DNA of 64,000 nt, taken from contig CT868629.1 in the NCBI GenBank assembly GCA_000165425.1, positions 62,001 to 126,000 on the forward strand, read 5' to 3'. The translations under genes and the position numbers were made by a program. The first letter of the stretch is position 1; each line of letters begins with the position of its first letter. This stretch comes from Paramecium tetraurelia (lineage: Eukaryota). Below, piece after piece: positions 1 through 14,234 of the stretch. Below the pieces are notes generated by a model. That model worked only from the letters and a program-made list of their open reading frames with translations, was not told the DNA's origin and searched no databases.

Positions 1-764
1 ATATTTTCGTCAATAAGAATATTGTGGAATTGATATTCTATGCTAATATTCCTAATGATATGTAATTTGGTTGGAGAAAGTAAATGGATGCACGTCTGCT
101 ATTGTCCAATAATAATCTTATTCTTAAAATTAAGTAATTCATCGTAACTATTTTTTGGGAACATTTCTTTTAATAATTTTATTCCCTAATCTATCCATCT
201 CCAAATTTATATTGACTTTTTTTCTTTATTTGAAACTAGAAATCTAAATGAGCTCAGGGGTGTAAAATTCTCCTATTGAAATTAAAGCTCTATTTTTTAT
301 ATAAGTGCGCCATTTACTAAACTGTGAATTTAGATCAGTCTCTCTACAATAATAAACACCAAAGCTGAGTGAATCATTAATTTATCTATTACTTAGTGTC
401 CAGGCAAACTAACCGTAAAGCTTTCCTTTTATTTTTCTAATTGGACGATTGTCATTTCACAATTGCAATTAAAACTTACAAAATATTTGGAACACTCAGA
501 AAAACCGCACATGAATTAGGATATAGGAGAACATAATATTATTTGATATGTTTTAACGCACTTTCTTTCCTCCAAACTCCAAATTTGATAATAGTAATGG
601 TAATTTTGTTTCGATACATTCTCGTAACATCCCCTAACACTAATTGCAACAAATCTTTAATCCTTTGATACTAGACACCTTTTTACAAAAGCCTTATTGA
701 AATTGAACTATTCCAATTAAAAATGGTATTTTTCAACCAAGCATTAATATCTTTAATCCTGCAT
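1..764 (-). CDS. Divergent beta-propeller/WD40-like protein (3' end outside window)
   Basis: Table-6 ORF MQDQRYQCLVEK...VSKDQRFVAISVRG...YQIWSLEERKCVKTY...CGFSECSKYF is open to the window edge and has WD-like strand patterns. It resembles the gene at 14235. Confidence 0.6.
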
Positions 765-1288
765 TTCAATTTTATATCAAAGAAATTATAATAATATATA
801 TTAATATATATAGTATTTTATATTTTTAAAAACAAACTTATTGGTCAGCTTATTTGCAATTATTAATTTAATTCAAATTTTGATAATCAAATAATTATGA
901 AATTGGGGTCTATTATTATTTAAAGGATTAAATTTTAATATACGAAATCTTAGAATCGCAATAATGAATCTAAAAAGTAATAGATTAACATTTTAATGTA
1001 TCTTATTCCACTGCAATACCTTGAGAATGATGAACCTATCTTTTTGAGTAAAACTTAATGTTATAAAAACTAAGATTTCTTTATGAATTTGTTTATCATT
1101 GAAATAAATATAAGGCAACTCTATCTTTGTAATCGACAATAGATAAAACCAAAACAACAAAATTTTCATCTATATTTTTCGAAGAAACAAAGTTGCTTGT
1201 TGTTTTGTGTTAAACTAAAATTTATCAAATAGATTAAGCAAATATCAGTATATTAATAGATTGACATATTATAATTCTTTGTTACTAA

Positions 1289-2000
1289 TCACACATATGG
1301 AAATATCATTGGAGAAAAGGAAGGAGTTTAGGGTCCTCCTATGTCTTTTAATTACAGGATTATATTAGATGCTATTTCAAATTGGAAGCCTTTGAATATT
1401 TCGAACATTGATGTGAAATACACTACCAGTTTTGTTTCCTATTCTCTTTCTAGATTGAACTTCTTTTGCTCATCGCAAATCTTTTTTATGTTTTTGCAGA
1501 TGTAAGTCTATATAATTGAATGAATTCTAATTTGTTTTAGTATAGAATTTTATTGAATTTATAAGGTTTCTAATTCTTCTTTTAACTGTTTCATTTCTTC
1601 CCTCATAATAGCAATCGAATCCTTTTCTTTGTCTAGATGGGCTATGCTGCGTGTTCTCTGCCTTTCTACCTTGTAGAGAGAGGATCTTTAAAATTAATAA
1701 GTATGGAATACATATTTCCCTAGATAAACCATTTATGTGAAAACATTTTTTAATTAATTTTTAAACTCCTCATCTTAAACCCATAGGAATTTAGTTATCG
1801 ATAGAGTGACTTTATTTGTGTTGAATAAAAATATTCTGGCATAATTGACTTCTAAAATTCTTCAGGATCAACAATTATAAAAGCCCTTCCATTATCTGTC
1901 CATCTAATACAATCAAATTTTTCTGACTATGTGTTAGGTTAATTAAGGTTACCTGTAAAATTTCATACAAATTTTTTATTAATATTTTAGGTTTCCCCAT
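1289..2000 (-). CDS. HSF-type DNA-binding domain transcription factor
   Basis: MGKPKILIKNLYEILQ[intron]SEKFDCIRWTDNGRAFIIVDPEEFQKSIMPEYFYSTQIKSLYRQLNSYGF is a classic HSF DBD. Ends ...IFPYV-TGA. Confidence 0.9.
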
Positions 2001-2442
2001 TCGATTTAATTGAAATAATGTGCTTTAAAAAATTAATTAATATAATGAGAGGAATCAAGATTTTAAGAATATTATTAATTCTAATCATTATTTATTAAAT
2101 ATTAAATTATATGTTTAGCATTAAAGTAGAATATAAATTTAATAGCTCAAATCTCAATATAATGTTCATCTCGCCATATTTGATAGTTGTATTCTTTTTG
2201 TTTTTATTGGAACTTTGCAGATAAAATTGATTTATTCATTTTATGCAAACCGTAACACGGAATGTAAGGAAAGAGAGACGATCGATTTTATGCATTTAGA
2301 GTCTATTGTACAAGTTAAGATAGGGGAAACGCAAATTAAATGCATATGACAGAATGGCAAATTAAAAATCGAGATGTATGGAATATGTATGATTAATCGA
2401 GAATAGAGATTTATATAAGTGGGAATGGTGGAATTCAATGAT

Positions 2443-2515
2443 GCCGGTTTAGCTCAGTGGTTAGAGCATTTGCCTCGTAAGCAAAGGGTCGGGTGTTCAA
2501 TTCCCCCAACTGGCT
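2443..2515 (+). tRNA. tRNA-Thr(CGT)
   Basis: GCCGGTT/AACTGGC acceptor stem, TTTGC-CTCGTAA-GCAAA anticodon arm and GTTCAATT T-loop, followed by an oligo-T Pol III terminator. Confidence 0.93.
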
Positions 2516-2601
2516 ATTTTTTTTAATGTGTATGAAATTAGAGGGGGTAAAGAGGAAGAAAGAATGGCAACTTGTTAATCTCATAAAATATATTATTAAA
2601 T

Positions 2602-4356
<1,755 letters not shown>

Positions 4357-5583
4357 TTGTTTATTTCAAAAAGTTATTTATCATAATTTCATCTGCTAAG
4401 TATTAATTATCATATATTTTAATGATTATCATATCTTTTCTAAAAAATATTATATTATCTTTACCATTACTAGCCTTTAATTACATCCATTATTGAGTAG
4501 ACAATACATACCATCCACTATTCAAAAATTGAATATAAATCTGCCATCAATTAGCCTATTTATATTGAATCGGTTAATGGTTTGACATTATTTAGGTTAA
4601 ATCTAATAATTGAATCTCAAATAATAACAATTGCACGAATAAGGAGTTCTATCTTGTACGTAGGATGAATGTTTTCAAATAAATTATGCACTACTTGGTT
4701 TATATTTATACACAATAATTGATATTATGGAAAATCTGATTACTGAAACAACTAATATTATATTTTCCTATATTTATATCCAGGTTACAGTTTAATTGAA
4801 TTTAACGGTTGTTTTAAATTGTATTCTAACTTCAGTTTAAGGATTCCATATATCTTATGCTTTACATTCTCTAAAAGTAATTTCGCCTAATATTTTCGTT
4901 TTATTAAGTTTACTTTTGATAAAATTGATTTGGACTTATGGTGCAAATTAAATTAATGTTTTGATCTTCTCTTATTAATAAATCTAATTTCATAATTCAG
5001 ATTGAATTTAGAATAAGTTTAAAGTAATTTTAATCGAAATTAATAGCACCTATTTTGAAGTTCTTTTATAAAAACATTATTATAATTTTTTATTTATAAA
5101 TAAAATTTTAAGTTATATTTGAAGGTTTTTAAATTTTTAGTAACTTTTAGTAAGTTCTAATATTTTTTTGGAAGATTGTGAATAAAATAAATAAAATGGA
5201 AATTTTAATTAAATATGTTACAAAAGAACCAAATAACTTATAAATATTAGTTAGGAACAAAATTAAAAAATTATTGGAATATTTGATTTATTAAAATTAA
5301 TTTATTGTTATCTTCCTTATTTTTTAGGTAGGTTATTTCTAATTTGAGGTGTAAATTTAGCAGTCCTTTAATATTGTTCACTCAATGAAGTTGTAATAGG
5401 GTTACTCGTTATCAAAATCAAAATTATTTAAGTGAACATGCACTGAAACTAACGATGTAATATAAAATCAAAATTACCTCGTTTTTAAATTATGTCTTTC
5501 GTATCGCTAAAGTACATTTAGTAGGCGATTAATAAAGAGTCTTAATTTATTTGAATGATATATATATATAATTATTATTATTA

Positions 5584-7044
5584 ATGAATAAATATACATT
5601 AGCTTTTAAGGATGCATAAATTGAACAAAAATATTAAAGATAACTATTAAAGGTTAGAAGGTGGACTACATTTTGCGTTGTGACTCTTGGACTTTCCATC
5701 ATATTCATAATAAAATGTGTTTAAGCAGGAATGGAAGGAAATAATTACTCATTACTTAGTAGTTCTATTTTGCTCAGCTACTTCTTCATTTAATTGATAT
5801 TCGTCAGATTCTATCCATAATATATCCGATTGGCCTTAGTTTTGGTAAACCACATAATGAATATATATTTGTTTGCACAAGAGGCCAAAAAAGACCCTTA
5901 GATGGCTATGTTGCAGGGAGTTAATCAAATGGGGGCAACCTACTTGTTGGTCCTCATAGGGGAATATCTTGACGGCATAATCACTTTGGTGAATTTAAGT
6001 ATATTTAGAATAGCTTGGGCAATAGTGTACAGTACTTAGATTCAAGTGTCGGCCATAGTATCAACAATTTTGCTAATATTCTACATCAACTATTTTAATT
6101 ACTAATTTCACAAAGGAATGAGGTCTTAGTTTTTATTATCATTTGTTGATTCCAGTTTTGAAGAATTGTTAAAGAAGCTCTCCATTGAGTTTCCATACAT
6201 GATAGTCTAATTTTAGGAAGATAGCTTAAGTTGTCAAATGTCTTCTTCCAATAAATGTGAGTCCTTATTTTTGAATTCTTAAGAGTCTAATGATTTCATG
6301 AACAATAGTTATGTTGATAGTGTTCCTCTGAAGAGTTACTTGTTTTAGTTAATTTTCAATTACAATTAAGATCATTCAGCTAATAGTAGTAGTGAGTTTA
6401 TAATCAGATATTAAAAAAAGTCATTTTTGGTTACATCAACATTATTTTAAACTAATTCATTAAAAGCTCTATTAACATTCAAAGAATTTAATAAAGTGAA
6501 CATATTATAGAAGCATCTGTTATTAAACAGAAATCTATAATTGATGAATCTTATAATTAGATTAGCAAAGAAATTGAAATACTATGCGAAATCAAATTAC
6601 TAATATTTGAAAATACAGAGGAAAGCCCTTATCCTAATATTGAATGAAAATATCAACCTTTACGAGAATTATAAGGAGATCTAAGTTCTAGGTCTAATTA
6701 GGAAATTGTTAAGTTATTGTAGCAATTTGGATATACGAGTATAGACTAATCTTAGCTTATAACATACAATTTTTACTCATCCAAAACTATTTGCTTTAAT
6801 ATTCTGGATTATCACGGACAACGTATAGAGTAATAAACTATAGTTGACTTGCAATTTAACCTAAGAGAGTTGTTATCAGATAAGATTAATAAGTTAATTT
6901 GATTTAGAAAAAATTGAAAACTTGATCTATCCCAACCTCTTGAAATACCAAATCTTATTTTTGGATATCTTTTTAAGCAAAACAGAAATTAGTCTTGTAC
7001 ATACATGTGAGTTGGATGTCCCATTTTTTCTTGATTTCAAATGA
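5584..7044 (+). CDS. Multi-pass membrane protein (MNKxTLxF...E..Y family), intronless
   Basis: 487-codon ORF in table 6 with about 5-6 hydrophobic helices in the first ~180 aa, then a soluble tail. Paralog of 18328-19764. Confidence 0.75.
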
Positions 7045-7211
7045 ATTATTGTATATATAAGGTTCATCTCAAAATTATAAATTTATAAGTATAATTTAAG
7101 TTTATGGGATAATGTTAAACTTTTATTATTTTAATTAATAGTTTAAGATTAGTAAATAATAGCCGATCCAAATGTTATAAATAGTTGATCAGAGAGAGAT
7201 ATATTAACGTT

Positions 7212-7284
7212 GCCCATGTGGCGCAATTGGTAGCGCGACAGCCTTCTAAGCTGTAGGCTGCAGGTTCAATCCCTGCCATGGGTG
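7212..7284 (+). tRNA. tRNA-Arg(TCT)
   Basis: GCCCATG/CATGGGT acceptor, ACAGC-CTTCTAA-GCTGT anticodon arm and GGTTCAATCC T-arm, with a downstream T-run. Confidence 0.94.
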
Positions 7285-7358
7285 ATTCTTTTTTTATTTT
7301 TATTGATTCCTAAATATATTAACACACTATATTAATTAATATATAATATAAATTAGAA

Positions 7359-8347
7359 ATGAGTGCTGTGCCTTATGAGAAGATTTGTGAATTGGCAAGT
7401 CCCCTTTATTTCCCTTTAGAGATTGATGGAGCCATATATATGGTTTCACAAAATGGAGACATTTTGAAATTCAAGGATGGATAATTCAAGGTATAGTACA
7501 TACATGAAAGTAGGCTGAGTTTCATATATCTGGATAGCCATACTCAATTGTGATTGACAAGCCTAACAAATTTATATATGTGGCTGATATGGCTCACTAG
7601 GCAATTTTAAAGAGATATATTGATGAGAACAGTTAAGAACAAATTGTAGAATATTTGAAAGATTATGAAGGATAACCATTATTGGGACCTAATTCGCTAT
7701 TATTGTCAACCAAAAATAGTAATTTTTAGTGTAATTAGATTTGTTATTCTTTACTGATTCTGGACCATTTGGTGAAACTTCAATTGAAAATTGTAAGGGA
7801 TCTCTATTTGCTATTGACATGGATGCTTAAATTGTTAAGCCCTTAGCATTATAATGTTTATCTTATCCAAGTGGTATATGCTTGAGCAATAATTAACAAT
7901 TATTGTATTTGTGTGAGACAGGAAAAAATAGAGTATTGCGTTTTGTTTAGACTGATGCAGGCATCTTTTACTATAGGTACAGAAGCTATATTAATTCAAT
8001 TAGCACCTATATATAATTAAATGGTAGATTTGGTCCCATTGCTTGTGCAGTATCATAATCAGAGCATCTATATGTTGCCAGATTTGAATTTGGACATGTT
8101 TCAGAGGAAGGGTAGATAAGCATATTTAATGCAAACGGATTGAATGTGGAGAATGTTTCCATTCCACAATGCCCTGAAATATCAGGATTAACATTTTCAA
8201 GGTTTGTATTTCATTTTATTATAAAGCTAAAAATCGAACATTCTTTATGTTACTGAGAATTCATCAACACCAAGTTGTTTGCGTATTTTGATTAACATTG
8301 AAGAAAAGGACGAGGCAAAGAAAAAGGATAAAGATAAATTTAAATGA
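7359..8347 (+). CDS. SMP-30/gluconolactonase/strictosidine-synthase-like six-bladed propeller
   Basis: YEGQPLLGPNSL, LFFTDSGPFG, LSYPSGICLS..LYLCETGKNRVLRF and GPIACAVS...LYVARF motifs, with short introns. Confidence 0.85.
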
Positions 8348-8370
8348 TTGATTTATTATAAATCACAATA

Positions 8371-9195
8371 TCACTCAATAAATTTAGTTTCTCTAAGTGT
8401 TTCTTCTACTTTATAGATCTTCTTCAAGTAATCTCTCACATCATTCTCCTACTTTAATCTCTCAAGTATGTTCATCAATTTTTATAAGTCATCTTTAGTG
8501 TCTGTGTTATCTGCCACAAACATTCTAACAGGAATTGCTATCATATATCAAACAAAGAGAATACAATTATCTCCTGTAGTCCAAAAACTTAATGGTTTAG
8601 CATCAACATAGACTACCTTCTTTCTATCTCTACCTAAAAGATCGATATCTTTAAAATAATCTTCTAAATCATCTTCTTCAACTAGATTGCATTGTTCCTA
8701 ACAGAAGATGTGATCTTTAGGAAATTATGGACATAGTTTTTCTAAGACTCTTTCAACATAAATCCTTGACCCTTTTGACCAAATAACTGGCTCAGTGTGA
8801 TTGAGGAAGTACTCTAAAAATTCATCCAACTGTTCTCTCTTATAAACATGAACAAAATTATCGAATTCAGGCAGATCAATGTAAAAATCATATTGTCTCA
8901 AGGGTGCATTCATGAACATATCTTTTGGGTCTGGAACAAATGAATATACTAGGACTTCATCTAATTCCATAACAACAGTTAATTTATCAGAATATTATTT
9001 CTTTTTGATTGGCAATAATTTTGGTTTATTTTAATTTTCCTCCTTTACTTTATTAAAAGCAGGTTGTAATTGTTTCCAAGTCTCAGGATCATAAGCTGAA
9101 TCATCGACCTTTTCCTCCTTTTTTTTGAACCATCCAAATAAGCCATAAGATTATTTATGATTTGTTTAGCGAAGACTTCTTAAAATTTTAATCAT
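8371..9195 (-). CDS. NIF/FCP1-fold phosphatase-like protein, Tim50-like, probably catalytically altered
   Basis: LTVVMELDEVLVYS, VYKREQLDEFL and YFKDIDLLGRDRKKVVYVD. The basic N-terminus MIKILRSLRQ... resembles a mitochondrial presequence. Confidence 0.8.
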
Positions 9196-9211
9196 ATTTA
9201 ATATATAATAA

Positions 9212-10159
9212 TCAATTTGTCAATTACTCCAATTTCGATATTATTTATTATGGATGATCCACTTTGATGATTTTCATTATTTTAATTATTAGATCTGGAT
9301 CATTGAATTGGCTTTATTTCATTTTCTCCAACAATTTTAAAATGTAGACCATACATGCTTCGTTTTTCATATTTTCATCCAAATCTAGTAGTCTTTTGGC
9401 AATTTTGGTGAATTGTTGGATGTCTTGAAGTAGTAAGAAGATTTGATTGATTTTGAACATAAAATTGTCATTGGTATCTATTTTAAATAACGATTTGATT
9501 GTTTGTAGATCATGATTCTAAGTGTTTTATAGTTGTTTGATTGCATCTATGATTTATTGATCAGTAGAGTGTTTCAATTGCAATGTTTATTCTAATTGAT
9601 TTTTGAAGAATAAAAAACAATCTACATATTTGGAATCGCATTTCCATTTTTGTATAATAGGGAACACTTAATCCAAATTGTAATGTTCTTCATGTTAATC
9701 ATAAATGATTTCACAAATTGATCTGCAAAACTGTTCTAAATGAGAAACTCCCAACATCACAGTCTTAATCTTTTCGGCAGTTATTATTAATTAATCTACA
9801 GAGCTGACTGAAAAGATCTCCATCAATTTGTTTAGTTCTTTGTCTTCATTTTCAAATGTTCCAGTTTTCATAGTTTTGTTGATGTTTTGAATAAAATTAA
9901 AGGATTCTTGCAGTTCTTGTTTAGTTTCTGAGTAAAGGAGTTTTAATTGATTGAGTTGATCAGTTAAGAATGCATTATTGTCGATTAATCTTTGATTTTC
10001 TTTTTTGATGCGATTTAATTCTTGAGTCAAGAGGGAGTTTTCATTAGATAATGTTTAAAAGGTTGTGTTTTCTTTCATTTGGTATTCTTAGTTCTATTTC
10101 TTCAATTGGTTATAATCATTAAGAAACTTTGATAGCAATTCTGTGTTATCTGTTGACAT
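9212..10159 (-). CDS. Hypothetical coiled-coil protein
   Basis: Table-6 ORF MSTDNTELLSKFLNDYNQLKK...LTQELNRIKKENQRL, with the stop in the same frame as the track fragment 9791-10030. Confidence 0.7.
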
Positions 10160-10256
10160 TATTATTCAAATTTAAATTTAATTAATTTTAATCAATATTT
10201 TATAAGGTGTAGTATTGCGTAAGTGATTAAGATAGACAGAAAATAAAAAGAAGGTA

Positions 10257-11051
10257 TCATTTCTTGAATTTTGTTTTCAATCTCTAATATTTACTATGAT
10301 CTGAACTCCCACAGTTGTTTTTCATTTTCCTTAATTATTCGCTTGTAAATTCAAAGGAAACCCTTTTGCTGCTGGGTCTCATCATGGGACTGTTGAGACT
10401 TTGAGTACTTGGTCTACTGCCAATTCTCAAAACTTCAAATGAGCCAGATTTGAGGATACCTCTTGGAGTAGATGCAGAGCTTCCTCTTTAAGATTGATGA
10501 CCATCATTATTTTAGATAATCCTTGACAATCTTTGGGGTTTTGGGATTGGAAAACTTGTAATTTCACAATGATCATTTACAATCTAAGTTACATAAATTT
10601 ATTTTTTAGGTTTACGAGTTTATACCTATTTAGGTTACGAATGCGGTTGACTTTTCCTCTGATTTTGTTGTATTTGCTTTTCTTAGAATTATTCAATAGA
10701 ATTTTTGGTATTGTGTCTTTTACGGGATTCAGCCAGATGCACTTTGTCCTGTTTAGTCAAATCTTCTGCTTTGAGAGGCGAGGATGGCAAGTCACTTTGT
10801 GGTTATCCATTTTGACTCGAAATAACATTGGTTGATTTGAAGGGAGAGGATTGGGTGAATACTTCGTCTTTAGAGACCAAAGACTCTTTAAATTTACACC
10901 TCATTGAATTTATTGCATTCATCCTTTTATGAACTGAGGTGCCTTTATCATCGAGACTGGGATGGAAGTTGGGAGTGAGATATTTACATTCGATTGATTT
11001 GATGGCTTCATCTGAATTTATAGAGTCTTCTGTATCAAAGGGTTAATTCAT
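10257..11051 (-). CDS. Hypothetical low-complexity protein with GILK and KRVSF motifs
   Basis: Starts MNQPFDTEDS and ends ...STPRGILKSGS...SKRVSFEF...KFKK-TGA. Internal introns are not fully resolved. Confidence 0.6.
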
Positions 11052-11060
11052 TTTTATAAA

Positions 11061-12626
11061 ATGTATAATGATAATTTATTGATTACTAATGATTGGAGAT
11101 CAATTACTTATAATGTCTCAACAAGCATGTTCCAGATTGTGAGCGGTTACATTTGTATCGATCTGATGTCGATGCTCAATCTGCATTTCATGGGACAATA
11201 CACTGACAAATATTAAACAGCCTCCTATGGGATAGCATGGATGTTAATTCAATTGTTGTTCGTCCCCTTAGGCTTAGGTTTAGTTTCACATGCTATATAG
11301 GTATCAACCAAGGACTCAATAATCAGGTCTCACATGCCTTGGGATAAAATAAGCACAAGCTCACATAGATTTACTTAAACTTCACGATTTATTCCATATT
11401 ATTTGTATCCATACCTTTTTTTCTATTCATTTACAATACTCAATACCTGGTTTAATTCGTTGTACAAGAAGACACTGAGATCATTACATAATATGCATGG
11501 TATATCAAATAAAATAAACAAGCTACGAAGGCAAATGATCATTCCTTTGTTCATAGCCGCATTCCTGCTCCTCCAAATTGAATGTTTAAAATAATATCTT
11601 GTTGGATGCAGGATTTTTCAGCCTTTTCCATTCATTTATGCATCCACACTTATATTCCACCTACTTGCCTGTGTATTCCTATTCCTCATCTGCGACCTAG
11701 GGTATATTGGTTTATGTTTGTCCATCATTCTAAGTGAAGTAAGAAAATCTTTAAATTATTTTCAAGTTGTTTACATTATTTATGCTGATAAGATATATCT
11801 ACAAACATCAAGAAGTTTATGATTTGCTTGCCAACTTCCAATTCTCATGCTAAATATTTTAGTATAAGGAAACTTACATTATGTTTGTTAAAGAGTCTAT
11901 CCCATTGATCCTCCACATTTACGCTGACTTCATAGTGTTTTATATACTATCATTCGTGGCCTACTCTCTGGGAGTGAATTAAGCTAATGCCCAACTTGCA
12001 TTTGCAAATACAAGTTCAATCTATTTCAAATTCCCAATTAGCTTATCAGTAACATTAATGTCATATGTTGGAAACAGTTTAAGTATATTATCCCTATTAA
12101 TCGAGGTCAACATAACATCGCTTTGGCTAAATAATATATCATAAGTGGCATGGGTGTCTAAGGAGTAGTGCTCATATCATTGGTCATTGGACTCACCATT
12201 TTCCAGGATCAGTGGAGTCGCATATATTCCTCTGATCCCCAGATATAATAAATTATGTTAGAAACTCTCCCATATTTTCTTATGGGAAGTGTGTGTTTTG
12301 ATGGAATTCAAGGAGCATTGTCTGGAGCTCTAAAGGGTGTTAACAAATCCACAATTGTATCCAATCAGACCATGATATCATACTACATCATTGGAATTCC
12401 AGTTGTGCTAATTTTAGCCTATGTATTCCATTTAGAATTAATTGGCATTTGGTTAGGTTTTGGATTGTGCAACTTGTATTTGACAATCATATATATTTAT
12501 GTTCTAAAAGATTTGAATTGGAATGAATAAGCTGATATGATAACATAAAAGCTATTGAAGCATGAGGGTTGTCTAGGGGATATAGACTTGCCCTTAATTT
12601 AATAATAATAAAAAGAATAATAATGA
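11061..12626 (+). CDS. MATE-family efflux transporter
   Basis: MLNLHFMGQY...ASYGIAWM, SYVGNSL, FDGIQGALSGALKG and YYIIGIPVVLILAYVFHLELIGIWLGF. Stop after a Q-run (TAA TAA TAA...TGA). Confidence 0.92.
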
Positions 12627-12663
12627 AACATTATGTACAAAATTATATTATACGATTTGTATT

Positions 12664-13506
12664 TCATTCCTTTACCTTCTTTTATTTCTACCTTAAGTTT
12701 TCTATATCCTATTGAAATTATTGTTGAAGTTATTGTTTTTACATTTTCAAAATATCCTTCTTCTTCTAATGAGGTAGATTATCATCCAATCCCTAAATTA
12801 CTTATTCTATTTCATCCATGTCTACATTCTTCTTTGTTTTATTTTTGTTTCTTCCAACCCAATTTCTCTTCTCAAACTTTGGTTTCTCTATATTAGTTTC
12901 GAAATCACCAAATTTGTTCATTGCTATTTGATATCCTTCTTATTATGCCTCCTCTATTATTTAATTCTTCTTCTCATCTACAACTTCATAATTCTGCAAG
13001 AGTTTCTTCTCATAATTAGTTGAAATAGGAGCACTTTTAAATTTATTATTGATTCTTTATTGGAAGTATTCAATATCGAAACATTTGGTCAAATCATATT
13101 CATTCTTAAAAACCACTAAACCAACATGTAATAATTTCTTTTTGCCGTTCTCAGCCACTTTCATTGATCCAACATACACTCTTCGAATAATCCCACATAG
13201 TTTAAATACCTTTGCTATAAATTTACGATCAAAAGGAGAATCAAAGTTCATTATTATCAATGTTCTATTCTTAGGCAACTCTCCTTAATCCATTTTCACA
13301 CTGCTTGTCACCTACTTGCCCTCTTCCACCTTCTACTTTGTCTATTCTATCCTCTCCTTCATGATTAATTAATTTAATCCATTGTACAAATTGTCACTCT
13401 CGTCTTACTCTATTGGCATTCTCTTAAAATACAAAATCATCCTCTCCTTATCAAACACTTTAACATTATGAAACTTAAAATGATTTTCACTATTATATTT
13501 AATCAT
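12664..13506 (-). CDS. RRM-like protein, RRP7-like (rRNA processing)
   Basis: 281-codon ORF with MILYFKR, NRTLIIMNFDS, IAKVFKLCGIIRRV and LHVGLVVFK, plus a basic C-terminal helix ...QQFQQDIENLRQKQKK. Confidence 0.6.
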
Positions 13507-13539
13507 AATTAATTATTTTTAATTATAAAAGCATAAATA

Positions 13540-14184
13540 TCATAAGCCTAAAACAATCTCATCAAAATGAGTTTCGATATATCTCAACCCTTGAAATAAT
13601 CCTTTTTTTTCGCTGATTTGATCGCTTATCCTATTTTACAGTATCTCCTTAAACTATTCAGATAGAGATTAATTCAAAATGATTACTGATGATTTCGGAT
13701 AATTCTTATCTATTTATATGAGAATTTCAAAATATCTTTCTTTTACTTATTCCTTAAATGCCAATTCTTTCCGATCAATCGACGGCACAAATCTAAAGAT
13801 GACTTAAAATTCACCTTAGTTTCTTAAATAATCTAATAGTTTGCTTTAAGGTTATGGCAAGAATTTTATGCTCTGTTAAAATTTTCGAAAAAATTGCAAA
13901 AAGTCTTTCTCCATATCATTCTTGATTTCTTTCGCAATTTTAAAGAAATCTCCTCCCAAAATCTCTTAATTATACCGAAATATCTCCTATGAATCTGCCA
14001 ACTTTGATAAATCAGCCCATTTAAATATTTTTATATGATGTACTTTTGGGCCCACCATTTAAATCTTCTCTTTTTTTGGCTCTTAATTAATTGGTTTTTC
14101 AACCTTCTCCTCCATGTGCATGTATTTGCATTTCTTCCCCTTTTCACACCTTCCCTATTAGTATAAATTGCAAACTTATTTCAT
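13540..14184 (-). CDS. CCCH zinc-finger protein
   Basis: N-terminal VCNLYQQGRCEKGKKCKYMH (C-x7-C-x5-C-x3-H). One short intron is inferred. Confidence 0.75.
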
Positions 14185-14234
14185 AAATTTATATTATAAT
14201 TATAAAACATTTTCATTGAATTAAGCTAAAATAT

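Noticed and set aside
2340..2350. TGC-ATA-TGA as a CxU selenocysteine motif
   Set aside because: There is no thioredoxin-like context and no recognisable SECIS hairpin downstream, where the tRNA follows directly.
7237..7253. CTA within the tRNA anticodon loop suggesting an amber-reading tRNA-Gln
   Set aside because: The 7-nt loop CTTCTAA centres on TCT, so this is tRNA-Arg.
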